This document shows positions 36,779 to 45,982 of a stretch of DNA of 47,682 nucleotides, one piece after another. The notes below the pieces were generated by a model that had not been told where the DNA came from, did no database searches, and saw only the letters and a program-made list of their open reading frames with translations. Positions within the stretch are counted from its first letter, which is position 1. The number at the start of each line of letters is the position of its first letter. The position numbers were made by a program, and so were the translations under genes. This stretch comes from Verrucomicrobiota bacterium. GTDB taxonomy: Bacteria > Verrucomicrobiota > Verrucomicrobiia > Chthoniobacterales > UBA6821. The stretch is from assembly GCA_037127835.1 (NCBI GenBank), contig JBAXXS010000003.1, positions 1 through 47,682 of the forward strand. The letters are read 5' to 3'.

Positions 36779-37921
36779 ATGAACCTTCTTACACGCTCCT
36801 TGGGAACCTTGGTGATGGCCTCCGTGATGGTGACGGCTTTGCTCGCCCAAGATGGCGGTGGCCTCGGGTCGGTCTCCTCCTGTCCCTCCGCTCCGATCAT
36901 CGCAGCAGCAGCAGCTTCCTATGCCCTCTCGGAGGAGGGGGGGCTTACTGGTGCACAAGCATCAAAAGTCATCCAGAATATTGTCCAGCAATCCTCGGCA
37001 TCCGCCCCCTACGCTGCTCCCCAGATCGTCTCTCAGGTGATGGCCGGAATCTCTCAAGCGGCAAAGGATGCCGCAAGTCAGGGGTTGGCACTGCCTAACT
37101 CTACTACTCCAGCCCAGTTGGCCTCTTTACCCGCCGCCTTGGCGGTGACGTCGACGGCTAGTTACCAGTCCACGGTCTCAGCTGTCGCTTTAGGCGCCAT
37201 TGAGGGTCTAGGTCCCGCTGCTGCTAAGTATCCTGATCTTTTAGCACAGGTGATTAGCGCTATTACGACCTCGGTGGTGCGAGATGCTGCTGTCCAAGCG
37301 GCAGCAACGGCTATCAGCAAGCAAAATGGAACTCTGGACACCAGCAAGTCGCTACCGATGGATACGGTAGAGAATGCCGTCTCGATTACCAAGACTCTCA
37401 TGTCCTCTCTTCTGGACGCCTGTGCGGCTGCAGGGGTTGCTCCGGAGGTGATTACACAAGCTGTGGCCATAGCGCAGAAGGATTGTGCCGCAGAGGCCCA
37501 GAACATCGCTACTGTTCTGGCCAACGATCCCACCATCCAGGCTGCCTCCCAGACACCGGCCCAACAGGATGCAACTGCTGCCGCAGGTCAAGGGGCAGGG
37601 CAGGTCGCTGGACAAGTGGCAGGACAGGTCGCCGGACAAGTTGCGGGGCAGGTGGCTTCTCAAGTTGCCATGCAGGTGGCGCAGCAAGTTGCCCAACAGG
37701 TTGCTGTTGCCGTGGCGGCTCAGGTGGAGCGGGCAGCGACTTCTGCCCAAAGCGCCCAACCGACTCAACCCGCGCCGAGCCAATCTACGACGACAACGGG
37801 GAATTCTACGGGAAACAACAGCCCTGCTTTCGCCAACCCTCCCCCAGCGCCGACCCCGACCCCTTTGCCGGAACCACCGATCCTTCCTCCTGCACCCGCC
37901 TCTTCGGGCGGTTTCAAATAG
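36779..37921 (+). CDS. Secreted Ala/Gln-rich hypothetical protein with (QVAx)n repeats and a Pro-rich tail
   Basis: Signal peptide ending ALLA-Q; Ala-rich helical body; GQVAGQVAGQVAGQVAGQVASQVAMQVAQQVAQQVA; tail PPPAPTPTPLPEPP. Confidence 0.75.
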   Translation: MNLLTRSLGTLVMASVMVTALLAQDGGGLGSVSSCPSAPIIAAAAASYALSEEGGLTGAQASKVIQNIVQQSSASAPYAAPQIVSQVMAGISQAAKDAASQGLALPNSTTPAQLASLPAALAVTSTASYQSTVSAVALGAIEGLGPAAAKYPDLLAQVISAITTSVVRDAAVQAAATAISKQNGTLDTSKSLPMDTVENAVSITKTLMSSLLDACAAAGVAPEVITQAVAIAQKDCAAEAQNIATVLANDPTIQAASQTPAQQDATAAAGQGAGQVAGQVAGQVAGQVAGQVASQVAMQVAQQVAQQVAVAVAAQVERAATSAQSAQPTQPAPSQSTTTTGNSTGNNSPAFANPPPAPTPTPLPEPPILPPAPASSGGFK

Positions 37922-38060
37922 AACTGGAACTGATTTCATATTTCCTCGGGGGGTGCTCATGTTGGGTGCTTCTCCTATACTCATGGGGATACCTCATGAT
38001 ACTGTATAAAGATGCTCTTTTTCAGATCGGAAGCCGCAAACGGCGATCTCCAGCCATTGA

Positions 38061-41000
38061 TTGAAGGTGCCTCCTGATCAGGAACAGAGTGTTTTTGCCG
38101 ATCCTAAGGGGATAAGGCGTCGGGTACTTCAGCTCACGGCTTTTGTGGGTGGGCTCTTCCTCATCGGTGCCACCAGCTATTTCATCTGGGGCCTGTTGAT
38201 CGGGCCTCAGCTGCAGCTTCCCGCAGTGGTGAGGGAGTTCCACGCGCGGTTCAAAGCACTTCCTCCCGCCAAAATCCCTCTTCGCGGTGCCAAGGATGAC
38301 TGGAGGCGCATCCAGCTTGGACAGAAAGATCGCGGCCAATCGGCCTTGCCTAGCGTTCCCAAGAATACAGGCATCGTGCTCGGCTATGTCTCACCCTGGG
38401 ATCCAGCCTCACTTCTTTCCCTGGAGCGTCATGCCGACCAGATGACCCATGTGGCGGCCGATTGGTTCGCGCTCACCGGTGTGGAAGGAACGCTCAAGGA
38501 GGATGCAAGCGACAAGGCGCGGCTTCTCTGCGTGCGGAAGGGCCTCGGATTCCTGCCGATTCTCCGTAACCTGGATGGGGATGCATGGCAACCCGAGGCG
38601 GTGGAGGAACTGGCCCACCAGCCTGAGGCCGAGCGTGGCGCCTTCCTTGAGCGGCTTGTGAACCGTCTGCCGCCGGGCGCCACTGGACTGATTCTGGAAC
38701 TCAGCCAGCTCGATCCAACTTACAAGGATGAGTATTCACGACTGATCAAGGAAATGGCCGACCAGCTTCACGCTGCGGGGAAGGAGCTCTGGTTTGCTGC
38801 TCCCACGGGAGCTGACTTTGATGCCTTTGATCTGAATGCCATTGCCGATTCCGTCGACAGATTGGTAGCCGCGCTCTACGACGAGAACTCGGAACCCGAC
38901 GACCCGGGCCCACTTGCCAGCAGCGATTGGTTCCAAGGCTGGCTGAAAACGATGATGGTCTATGGCGAACCTTCCCAATGGGTGATCGGTCTTGGCACCT
39001 ATGCCAACGACTGGAGGAAGGATAACCATACTGTCGAGCAGGTTGGCTTCACCGATGCCATGGCTCGGGCCTCGCTGGCGGGGATCGATCCAGTGAAGGG
39101 AGTGGATTGCGAGGAAGATTCGCCGGATTTCAACTATCTCTCTGGCCCTGATCAGAATGAGGAGCACGAGCTCTGGTTCCTCGATGCGGTCACACTCTTC
39201 AATCAGCGCCGCCTGATTGCTCCGTTCCACCCCGGCGGCATCGGTCTGTACCGGCTCGGGCAAGAAGATCCCGCGGTCTGGGATGCCCTGAGAATGAATC
39301 CTGAGAAGCCGCCTGATCTCCAGTCCCTGGCCAAGCTCTCCCAGCTCAATCTCGATGAGTTCATCGCCTCCAGCGGCAACGGAGACTTTATCTCTGTCGG
39401 CGGCGAGGCCCATGTGGGAGACCGACATCTGGAGATCCACTCCGACGGAGAAGTGGTGGAGCAGTACAGTAAGCTGCCTATGCCCGAGAGTATCACGCGT
39501 CAGGGTGATCCGGGGCTGCACAAAGTGGCGCTGACCTTCGACGACGGTCCTGACCCGAAATGGACTCCCAAAATCCTGGAGATTCTGAAGGAGAAGAAAG
39601 CCCCCGCCTCGTTCTTTGTCCTCGGAACGCAGGCCCAGCATTATCCTGATCTGCTGGAGCAGATTGTGCGTGACGGACATGAGGTCGGCAACCACACCTA
39701 TACCCATCAGAATATCGCCGAGGAGAGCGACGAGCAGATCGAGCTGGAGCTCAACGCCACGACCCGTCTGATCGAGGCGGTAACGGGCCGTTCCACGGCA
39801 TACTTTCGCCCGCCCTTTGGCATTGACGGAACCCCCAGCCAGCCCGGTGAGGTCCGGTCTCTGAGGGTGGTCCGGGATCTCGGGTATCTAACTGTTGCCG
39901 AATCCATCGATCCCGATGACTGGGAGAGGCCGGGTGCTCAGGCCATCTTCGACAGGGTCAAGAATCAGCGGGCCACGGGATCGGTGATCCTGATGCATGA
40001 CGGCGGGGGCGATCGCTCCCAGACCGTGGAGGCTCTTCCAGAGATCATCGACTGGCTCCGAAGCCGCGGCGACGTGATCGTGCCGCTCGGTGATATTATC
40101 AACCTTCCTCGCGATACCGTCATGCCTCCGCTACGCGAGGAGAACCAGCCACTCTCAGCCCGTTATGTCTATGGGGCCTTCTCGGTCATGCGTTTTCTCG
40201 AGAATGCCGCCTGGACCCTCCTTGTCATCGTCACACTGCTCGCGCTGCTCCGTGTTTTCTTCTACTGCCTCTGTGCCCGCCGTCAACGCCAGCGGGAGCA
40301 ATTCAGCGAGAGATTGCATCCGCAGCCCCCGCCGGCTTCCTATCCGCCGGTCAGCGTCCTCCTGGCGGCCTACAACGAGGAACGGGTGATCGCCTCTACC
40401 ATCCGGCATCTGCTGGATTCCGATTACCCCGCGCCGATCGAGATCATCGTTGTGGATGATGGGTCGAAGGATCGCACGGCGGAAGTGGTGGGAGCGATCG
40501 CGGCGACTGAGCCGCGCGTCCGCTTAATAAGCCAGCAGAACGGGGGCAAAGCCTCGGCTCTCGATCATGCCCTGGGCCTCGCGAGTCATGAGACTATCGT
40601 CATGATCGATGCGGACACCATGGTCGCCCCTGACGGTATCCGCCAGCTGGTGACCTGTCTCTCCGATCCGCAAGTGGGCGGGGTGTCCGGCTACATCCGT
40701 GTCGGCAATACAAAGCACTGGTTGGGTAGTTTTCAGGATCTGGAGTATACGGCCGCCTTCGAGATCGACCGCCGTGCACAAGATTTCCTCGGCTGCATCA
40801 CGGTGGCGCCGGGAGCACTCAGCGCCTTCCGCCGCAAGGCGCTGCTGGAAGCGGGACCCATCACCAACGAGACGCTGGCCGAGGACACAGACCTCACCCT
40901 TCAGCTCCATCGTCTAGGATGGAAGGTTGTTTTTGCCTCGAAGGCTTTTGCCGATACAGAGGCACCCGAGAGCGTCAAGGCCCTCGTTTCACAGCGCTTC

Positions 41001-41483
41001 CGCTGGGCCTTCGGAACGCTTCAGTGCCTCTGGAAGCACGGCGACTTGACCTTCAATCCAAGCTCCGGCTGGCTTGGTTGGTTTGCCCTTCCCTCGGTTT
41101 GGGTCTTTCAAATGGGTGTGGTGGCGCTGACTCCTGTGCTGGATCTGATCGTGCTCTGGTCACTCTGGCTTGGCCGGGGCGTTGCGATCTGGCCCTATTT
41201 TATCGCCTCGCTACTCCTGGATGTCCTCCTTGCCGTCATAGCGCTCTCGATGGCTGGACGGCCACTGCGGATAGCATGGCGGAGCGCCCCGATGAGGCTT
41301 CTTTACAGACCCCTGCTCGGCTATGTCGTCTGGAAATGCATTCTTAAGGCTCTCGGCGGAAGCTGGGTGCGCTGGTCTAAGCTCGACCGCACGGCCGCTG
41401 CAATCCTTCAGAAGGAACAACGGACTCCAATATCTCCCGGTGCCTCCGCCAAGACCGACCAGCACCTTTCACCCGACGCATGA
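38061..41483 (+). CDS. Three-domain polysaccharide synthase: GH18-like domain, CE4 polysaccharide deacetylase, GT2 (PgaC/IcaA-like)
   Basis: GH18-like barrel (ALYDE, GIGLYRLGQED); CE4 motifs LTFDDGP, GNHTYTH, FRPPF, ILMHDGGG; GT2 motifs AYNEE, VDDGSKD, IDADT, LAEDTD, QRFRW; C-terminal TM helices. Confidence 0.92.
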   Translation: MKVPPDQEQSVFADPKGIRRRVLQLTAFVGGLFLIGATSYFIWGLLIGPQLQLPAVVREFHARFKALPPAKIPLRGAKDDWRRIQLGQKDRGQSALPSVPKNTGIVLGYVSPWDPASLLSLERHADQMTHVAADWFALTGVEGTLKEDASDKARLLCVRKGLGFLPILRNLDGDAWQPEAVEELAHQPEAERGAFLERLVNRLPPGATGLILELSQLDPTYKDEYSRLIKEMADQLHAAGKELWFAAPTGADFDAFDLNAIADSVDRLVAALYDENSEPDDPGPLASSDWFQGWLKTMMVYGEPSQWVIGLGTYANDWRKDNHTVEQVGFTDAMARASLAGIDPVKGVDCEEDSPDFNYLSGPDQNEEHELWFLDAVTLFNQRRLIAPFHPGGIGLYRLGQEDPAVWDALRMNPEKPPDLQSLAKLSQLNLDEFIASSGNGDFISVGGEAHVGDRHLEIHSDGEVVEQYSKLPMPESITRQGDPGLHKVALTFDDGPDPKWTPKILEILKEKKAPASFFVLGTQAQHYPDLLEQIVRDGHEVGNHTYTHQNIAEESDEQIELELNATTRLIEAVTGRSTAYFRPPFGIDGTPSQPGEVRSLRVVRDLGYLTVAESIDPDDWERPGAQAIFDRVKNQRATGSVILMHDGGGDRSQTVEALPEIIDWLRSRGDVIVPLGDIINLPRDTVMPPLREENQPLSARYVYGAFSVMRFLENAAWTLLVIVTLLALLRVFFYCLCARRQRQREQFSERLHPQPPPASYPPVSVLLAAYNEERVIASTIRHLLDSDYPAPIEIIVVDDGSKDRTAEVVGAIAATEPRVRLISQQNGGKASALDHALGLASHETIVMIDADTMVAPDGIRQLVTCLSDPQVGGVSGYIRVGNTKHWLGSFQDLEYTAAFEIDRRAQDFLGCITVAPGALSAFRRKALLEAGPITNETLAEDTDLTLQLHRLGWKVVFASKAFADTEAPESVKALVSQRFRWAFGTLQCLWKHGDLTFNPSSGWLGWFALPSVWVFQMGVVALTPVLDLIVLWSLWLGRGVAIWPYFIASLLLDVLLAVIALSMAGRPLRIAWRSAPMRLLYRPLLGYVVWKCILKALGGSWVRWSKLDRTAAAILQKEQRTPISPGASAKTDQHLSPDA

Positions 41484-42676
41484 AGTATAGCTCCATCAAC
41501 ATCCCTCTTTCCGTGTTACTGCTAGGCGCGGCTACATCGGTCCTGAGCGCCGCCCCACCGTACCAGCAACTTCAGATTCCCGAGAAGGGTGCCTACACGG
41601 GTGCCTACTGCGATTTCAGCGACGGGGAGGATCAAGTCACCTACGAGGCCCTTGAAAACTTCCAACAACTCACAGGCAAACCGATGGCACTTGTAGCCCT
41701 TGGTTCCTTCTGGGGAAGGGGAGCTTTTCCAACCGAGCAGGTGCAGCGTGTCCGCTCCTACGGGGCTGTGCCGCTTCTATTCTGGTCTCCTTGGGATGCT
41801 CCCTATGATGAGAAACGAGGGCCCGATAAATTCGCCCTTACCGAGATTATTGCCGGGAAATGGGATGCCTACATCGACCGATGGGCAGACGAGGCGGCCA
41901 AAGTTCCATGCCAGTTCTTTGTCTCCTTTGCCTGCGAAATGAACGGCACTTGGTTTCCCTGGTCGGGATGGTTTTATGGCAAGGGCCCCCGTGATCCGGT
42001 CAAGCCGAAGAATCCCGAAAACACAACTCCCTCAAGCGCCTTGGCCAAGCTTACTGGTGCGGATGACGACTCCGTGAACAGTTGGTTCGGCAAGGGAGAT
42101 ATCAAGAACCCCTCCACCTGGGAAGGACCGGAGACCTTCAAGAAAGCATGGAGGCATGTCGTCGATCGCGTGCGTTCCCGCGGTGCGACCAACATCCTCT
42201 GGGTCTTTCAGCCCAACAACTACTCCGACCCTCCCGGTTACATGTCATGGAACCAACCGGCGGCTTACTATCCCGGGGCGAAGTATGTCGACTGGCTCGG
42301 ACTCAGCGTCTACGGCAAGCAGACCAACAGTCAGGAGGATGACAAATGGAGCGGCTTTACCAGCCTGCTCGAGTGGCCCTATGCCGAGATGTGCGCCCTC
42401 GATCCCGACAAGCCGATCATGATGGCGGAGTGGGGTGTCGCGGAATCCCATCTGCCCAATGAGGAGAAGGGCGCCTGGATAGCGGAAGCCTTCCGCGAGA
42501 TGGGAAACGCCGCCAAATATCCGAGGCTCAAAGCTGCGATCTTCTGGCATGAGCGCTGGCAGAACGATGACGGCTCTTACAGCAATCTGCGGGTGAATTC
42601 CTCCCGCGCCTCCCTGAAGGCTTACCGCGACAACGTAGCCAATCCCTTCTGGATCGGTCGGCCAGTTTGGAAATAA
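41480..42676 (+). CDS. Secreted GH26-family glycoside hydrolase
   Basis: Signal peptide; EMNGTWFPW (acid/base), YYPGAKYVDWLGLSVY, KPIMMAEWG (nucleophile); ATGA overlap with the synthase. Confidence 0.85.
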   Translation: MKYSSINIPLSVLLLGAATSVLSAAPPYQQLQIPEKGAYTGAYCDFSDGEDQVTYEALENFQQLTGKPMALVALGSFWGRGAFPTEQVQRVRSYGAVPLLFWSPWDAPYDEKRGPDKFALTEIIAGKWDAYIDRWADEAAKVPCQFFVSFACEMNGTWFPWSGWFYGKGPRDPVKPKNPENTTPSSALAKLTGADDDSVNSWFGKGDIKNPSTWEGPETFKKAWRHVVDRVRSRGATNILWVFQPNNYSDPPGYMSWNQPAAYYPGAKYVDWLGLSVYGKQTNSQEDDKWSGFTSLLEWPYAEMCALDPDKPIMMAEWGVAESHLPNEEKGAWIAEAFREMGNAAKYPRLKAAIFWHERWQNDDGSYSNLRVNSSRASLKAYRDNVANPFWIGRPVWK

Positions 42677-42704
42677 AAGTGAGGCGTGACCGCGCGCACG
42701 GGTT

Positions 42705-42733
42705 TTGACCCCAGAGGATTCTCGCGTTAGTAT
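42705..42733 (+). promoter_or_regulatory. Sigma70-type promoter positioned for a leaderless hisD mRNA
   Basis: TTGACC-N17-TAGTAT-N6-ATG. Confidence 0.6.
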
Positions 42734-42739
42734 CACGGG

Positions 42740-44026
42740 ATGCGCTTGATTTCCTACAAAGACCGCGGCTTTGACCGATCCCTGGCAGAATTGAACCGCC
42801 AGGCCGAACCGCGTGCCGAGGTGCGCGAGACAGTCGCGGAAATCATTACCGATATTCGGAAGAAGGGTGATGCGGCCCTTCTCGCTTACACGCTGAAATT
42901 CGGCGGACCAAAAATCACCGCCTCCAAGATCCAAGTCACTCCAGAGGAGATCAAAAAAGCGCGGGCTTCTTTGACTCCCGGGGTCAAAAAAGCGTTGGCC
43001 GCATCGATCACGAATGTCACCGCCTTTGCCAAGAAAAGCCTCCGCAAGAACTGGTCGATGAAGAACGCGCAGGGGGCGCTTGTGGGGGAACGCTTCGATC
43101 CGCTTCCCCGGGTGGGACTTTACATTCCCGGGGGTACGGCCGCGCTTGTCTCGAGCGCGATCATGACGTGTGGCTTCGCTAAAGCGGCCGGTGTTCCTGA
43201 AATCGTGGCAGTGACACCCGCTGCGGCCGATGGAACAGTCGCTCCCGCCCTACTGGCCGCGCTTGATCTCTGCGGTGCTACGGAAATCTACCGCGTGGGT
43301 GGAGCCCAGGCGATCGCAGCACTGGCCTACGGAACAAAAATAATCTGCCCCGTCACCAAGATTTTCGGACCGGGAAATGCATATGTCGTGGAGGCGAAGC
43401 GTCAGGTTTTCGGACGTGTCGGCATCGACCTGCTCCCGGGACCTAGCGAGGTCCTTGTGATTGCTGACGCTAAGGCTAATCCTGCCTGGGTGGCCGCCGA
43501 TCTGCTGGCCCAATCGGAGCATGGTGCCGGAAGTGTGGTCGTGCTGCTGAGTGATTCCACGAAGCTCATCTCCTCTGTGCAAAAGGAGATCACGAGCCAG
43601 TCCCGGCTCTCCAGTCGTCCCGAACATCTTGCCAAGGCCATGGCCAATGCCGTGCTTGTCCATGTTCGTGACCTGAGTCAGGCGGTGGAGATAGCCAACG
43701 GATTCTCCGCGGAGCATGTCTCCTTGGCTGTCCGTAAGCCGGAGTTGCTGGCAACCAAACTGAATTCGGCCGGGGGCATCTTCCTGGGCGACATCTCCCC
43801 TGTTGCTGCCGGGGACTTCCTGGCCGGACCAAGTCACGAACTGCCCACGGGGGGTGCCGGGAAGGCCTTTGCCGGACTCACAGCGGAGCAGTTCCAGCGC
43901 CGGACCAGCATCGTCCGATACGATGCTTCGTCACTCAAAAAGTCCCTTCCGATCATCGAGACCTTTTGCGAAATCGAAGGGCTCGATGCCCATGGGCGTT
44001 CGGTCAGCCTTCGGCTAGGAAAATAG
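42740..44026 (+). CDS. hisD: Histidinol dehydrogenase
   Basis: VGLYIPGG, GGAQAIAALAYGT, IFGPGNAYV, GPSEV, DLLAQSEH, GDFLAGPSHELPT, EGLDAH. Confidence 0.97.
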   Translation: MRLISYKDRGFDRSLAELNRQAEPRAEVRETVAEIITDIRKKGDAALLAYTLKFGGPKITASKIQVTPEEIKKARASLTPGVKKALAASITNVTAFAKKSLRKNWSMKNAQGALVGERFDPLPRVGLYIPGGTAALVSSAIMTCGFAKAAGVPEIVAVTPAAADGTVAPALLAALDLCGATEIYRVGGAQAIAALAYGTKIICPVTKIFGPGNAYVVEAKRQVFGRVGIDLLPGPSEVLVIADAKANPAWVAADLLAQSEHGAGSVVVLLSDSTKLISSVQKEITSQSRLSSRPEHLAKAMANAVLVHVRDLSQAVEIANGFSAEHVSLAVRKPELLATKLNSAGGIFLGDISPVAAGDFLAGPSHELPTGGAGKAFAGLTAEQFQRRTSIVRYDASSLKKSLPIIETFCEIEGLDAHGRSVSLRLGK

Positions 44027-44030
44027 AATA

Positions 44031-44130
44031 AAGGCTGAAAACTTACGAATCTAAGGCTTCTCATCTGATTAAGTCTGTAATTCTCGGGCTCAGATCTAAC
44101 AGTCCAATAGCCTACGGCTTAAACCCCTAC
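44031..44130. repeat. Degenerate member of the intergenic ctaacag/tagcct repeat family
   Basis: aaggctgaaaacttacgaatctaaggct ... ctaacagtccaatagcctacggcttaaacccctac. Confidence 0.5.
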
Positions 44131-44132
44131 TT

Positions 44133-44993
44133 ATGATCTGGAGATTCCGCGGGCGTGAGATGGATCTCTCCTTACGGGGCGAGGTCATGGGGATTGTCAA
44201 CGTAACACCAGATTCCTTCTCTGATGGTGGCGTATTCCTGGATCCGCAGGCAGCTTGTGAACATGGGCTGAAGCTTCTCGAGGAGGGAGCTTTACTGCTT
44301 GATGTCGGTGGCGAATCGACCCGCCCTGGAGCACTTCCTGTCTCCGCGGAGGAGGAACTGCGGCGTGTCTTGCCTGTGATCAAGGCGTTGAGAGCGCGGA
44401 CCGATGCCCCCATCTCGATCGATACTTCCAAGGCCGCTGTCGCCAAGGCCTGTCTTGGCGAAGGGGTGGACATCATCAACGATGTAACAGCCTTGTCAGG
44501 TGATTCCGGGATGGGAAAGATAGTTGCTGAGGCCCGTGCCGGACTGGTCCTTATGCACATGCAGGGATCTCCTCAAACCATGCAAGCCGATCCCTCCTAT
44601 CCGCAGGATGATGTGGTGACCGAGGTGGCAAAATATCTTTCAGGGCGCCGTCAAGCGGCCCTAGGCTGTGGCGTGGATTCCGCCGCTATCATTCTCGATC
44701 CCGGCCTTGGTTTCGGAAAAACCGTGGCGCACAACCTGGCGTTAATCCGTGGTATTCCCCGGTTGATCGAAAGCGGCTCCCCGATTCTGCTTGGACATTC
44801 CAGAAAGTCGTTTCTTGGAAAAGCGCTGGGAGTCGAGGGTGATAGTTTCCCAAAGAAGGAGACGCGTCTTGCGGCGGGGCTGACTTTGACGGCATTGGCG
44901 CGTTCACTTGGTGCGCGCCTCTTCCGAGTGCATGAAGTCGGACCTCACCTTGAGGCTCTCCGCATGGCCGAGGCTCTGGCAGGGAACCGCTGA
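44133..44993 (+). CDS. folP: Dihydropteroate synthase
   Basis: MGIVNVTPDSFSDGG, DVGGESTRPG, SIDTSK, IINDV, LDPGLGFGK, SRKSF, RVHEV. Confidence 0.97.
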   Translation: MIWRFRGREMDLSLRGEVMGIVNVTPDSFSDGGVFLDPQAACEHGLKLLEEGALLLDVGGESTRPGALPVSAEEELRRVLPVIKALRARTDAPISIDTSKAAVAKACLGEGVDIINDVTALSGDSGMGKIVAEARAGLVLMHMQGSPQTMQADPSYPQDDVVTEVAKYLSGRRQAALGCGVDSAAIILDPGLGFGKTVAHNLALIRGIPRLIESGSPILLGHSRKSFLGKALGVEGDSFPKKETRLAAGLTLTALARSLGARLFRVHEVGPHLEALRMAEALAGNR

Positions 44994-44997
44994 TGTC

Positions 44998-45915
44998 ATG
45001 ACTGATTTCATTCACAGGACTCTTTCGCTGATTGCGGCGTATTGGACCTCCGGACTCGAGATCCTGATCCTCTCGACGATCCTCTATTATATTTATCTCT
45101 ATCTGCGCGGCACGCACGGGGCGCGAATCCTGATCGGCCTTGCGCTGGTCTTCCTAACGCTCACCTTCATCTCCCAAATGTTAGATCTGGCCGTGCTCGG
45201 ATGGCTGCTCCGAAGCTTCTCAGTCTTCATGGCGATCGCTCTGGTGGTGCTCTTCCAGCCCGAACTTCGCCGTGCGCTGAACGAGTTGGGCAGCCACCGC
45301 TTTTTTACCACGGCTCTTCAGCGGCGGGAGGCCATTGAGGAGATCACGGATATGGTCTTCGATCTCTCAAGCAAGGGATTCGGTGCCCTGATCGCTCTCG
45401 AGCGCGACCTAAGCCTGAAGTCTGTTGCCGAGAGCGGAGTCGAGATCGATGCCGAATTCTCCAAGGAACTGCTGCTCACGATTTTTCATCCCAAGACGGT
45501 CCTCCATGACGGCGGGGTGATCCTGAGCGGTGACCGGATCGTGGCAGCGGGTTGCATTTTTCCCCTGACCCAGCGTGATGATCTCGACCGAACGATCGGG
45601 TTGCGGCATCGTGCGGCACTTGGGCTTTCTGAAGAGAGTGACACCATCGTCCTGGTGGTTTCCGAAGAGAGCGGACAAGTTTCGATTTGTCACTCGGGTG
45701 CCATCGAGCGCAACCTCAATGTCGAGCGGTTCAGAAAGCGCCTGTCACAGCTTCTGCTCCGTGAAGAAAATCATGCGAAAGATCCTGCTTCACAACTGGA
45801 AAGAGAAACTGGTCTGCCTGCTCTTGGGGGGGGCGCTCTGGTATCTCATTCATCAAAACCTCGGCCCTCTCCCGCAACACAAGACGCGCAACGCGGAGAA
45901 CTCTCAGAACTCTGA
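44998..45915 (+). CDS. cdaA: Membrane-bound diadenylate cyclase CdaA/DacA
   Basis: Three N-terminal TM helices, LFQPELRRAL, GALIALER, LHDGGV (DGA-like), GLRHRAALGLSE, VVSEESG. Start moved to MTDFIH. Confidence 0.95.
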   Translation: MTDFIHRTLSLIAAYWTSGLEILILSTILYYIYLYLRGTHGARILIGLALVFLTLTFISQMLDLAVLGWLLRSFSVFMAIALVVLFQPELRRALNELGSHRFFTTALQRREAIEEITDMVFDLSSKGFGALIALERDLSLKSVAESGVEIDAEFSKELLLTIFHPKTVLHDGGVILSGDRIVAAGCIFPLTQRDDLDRTIGLRHRAALGLSEESDTIVLVVSEESGQVSICHSGAIERNLNVERFRKRLSQLLLREENHAKDPASQLERETGLPALGGGALVSHSSKPRPSPATQDAQRGELSEL

Positions 45916-45970
45916 GGAGAAGGCCGGCATGTCTCACGTGGAGCACAAGAGCCACAGCTCGAAAAAATAA
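45773..45970 (+). CDS. Small membrane protein resembling only the N-terminal anchor of CdaR/YbbR, overlapping the cdaA 3' end
   Basis: MRKILLHNWKEKLVCLLLGGALWYLI matches the CdaR-type NWxxKxxxLLxAxxLW TM start. It occupies the cdaR position between cdaA and glmM and stops 12 nt before glmM. Confidence 0.7.
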   Translation: MRKILLHNWKEKLVCLLLGGALWYLIHQNLGPLPQHKTRNAENSQNSEEKAGMSHVEHKSHSSKK

Positions 45971-45982
45971 CGCTTCTTTCTT

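Noticed and set aside
37352-38064. Alternative-frame ORFs over the Ala/Gln-rich gene (37352-37984, 37483-38064, 37485-38009)
   Set aside because: They are by-products of low-complexity repeat codons; only the 36779-37921 frame has a signal peptide and coherent composition.
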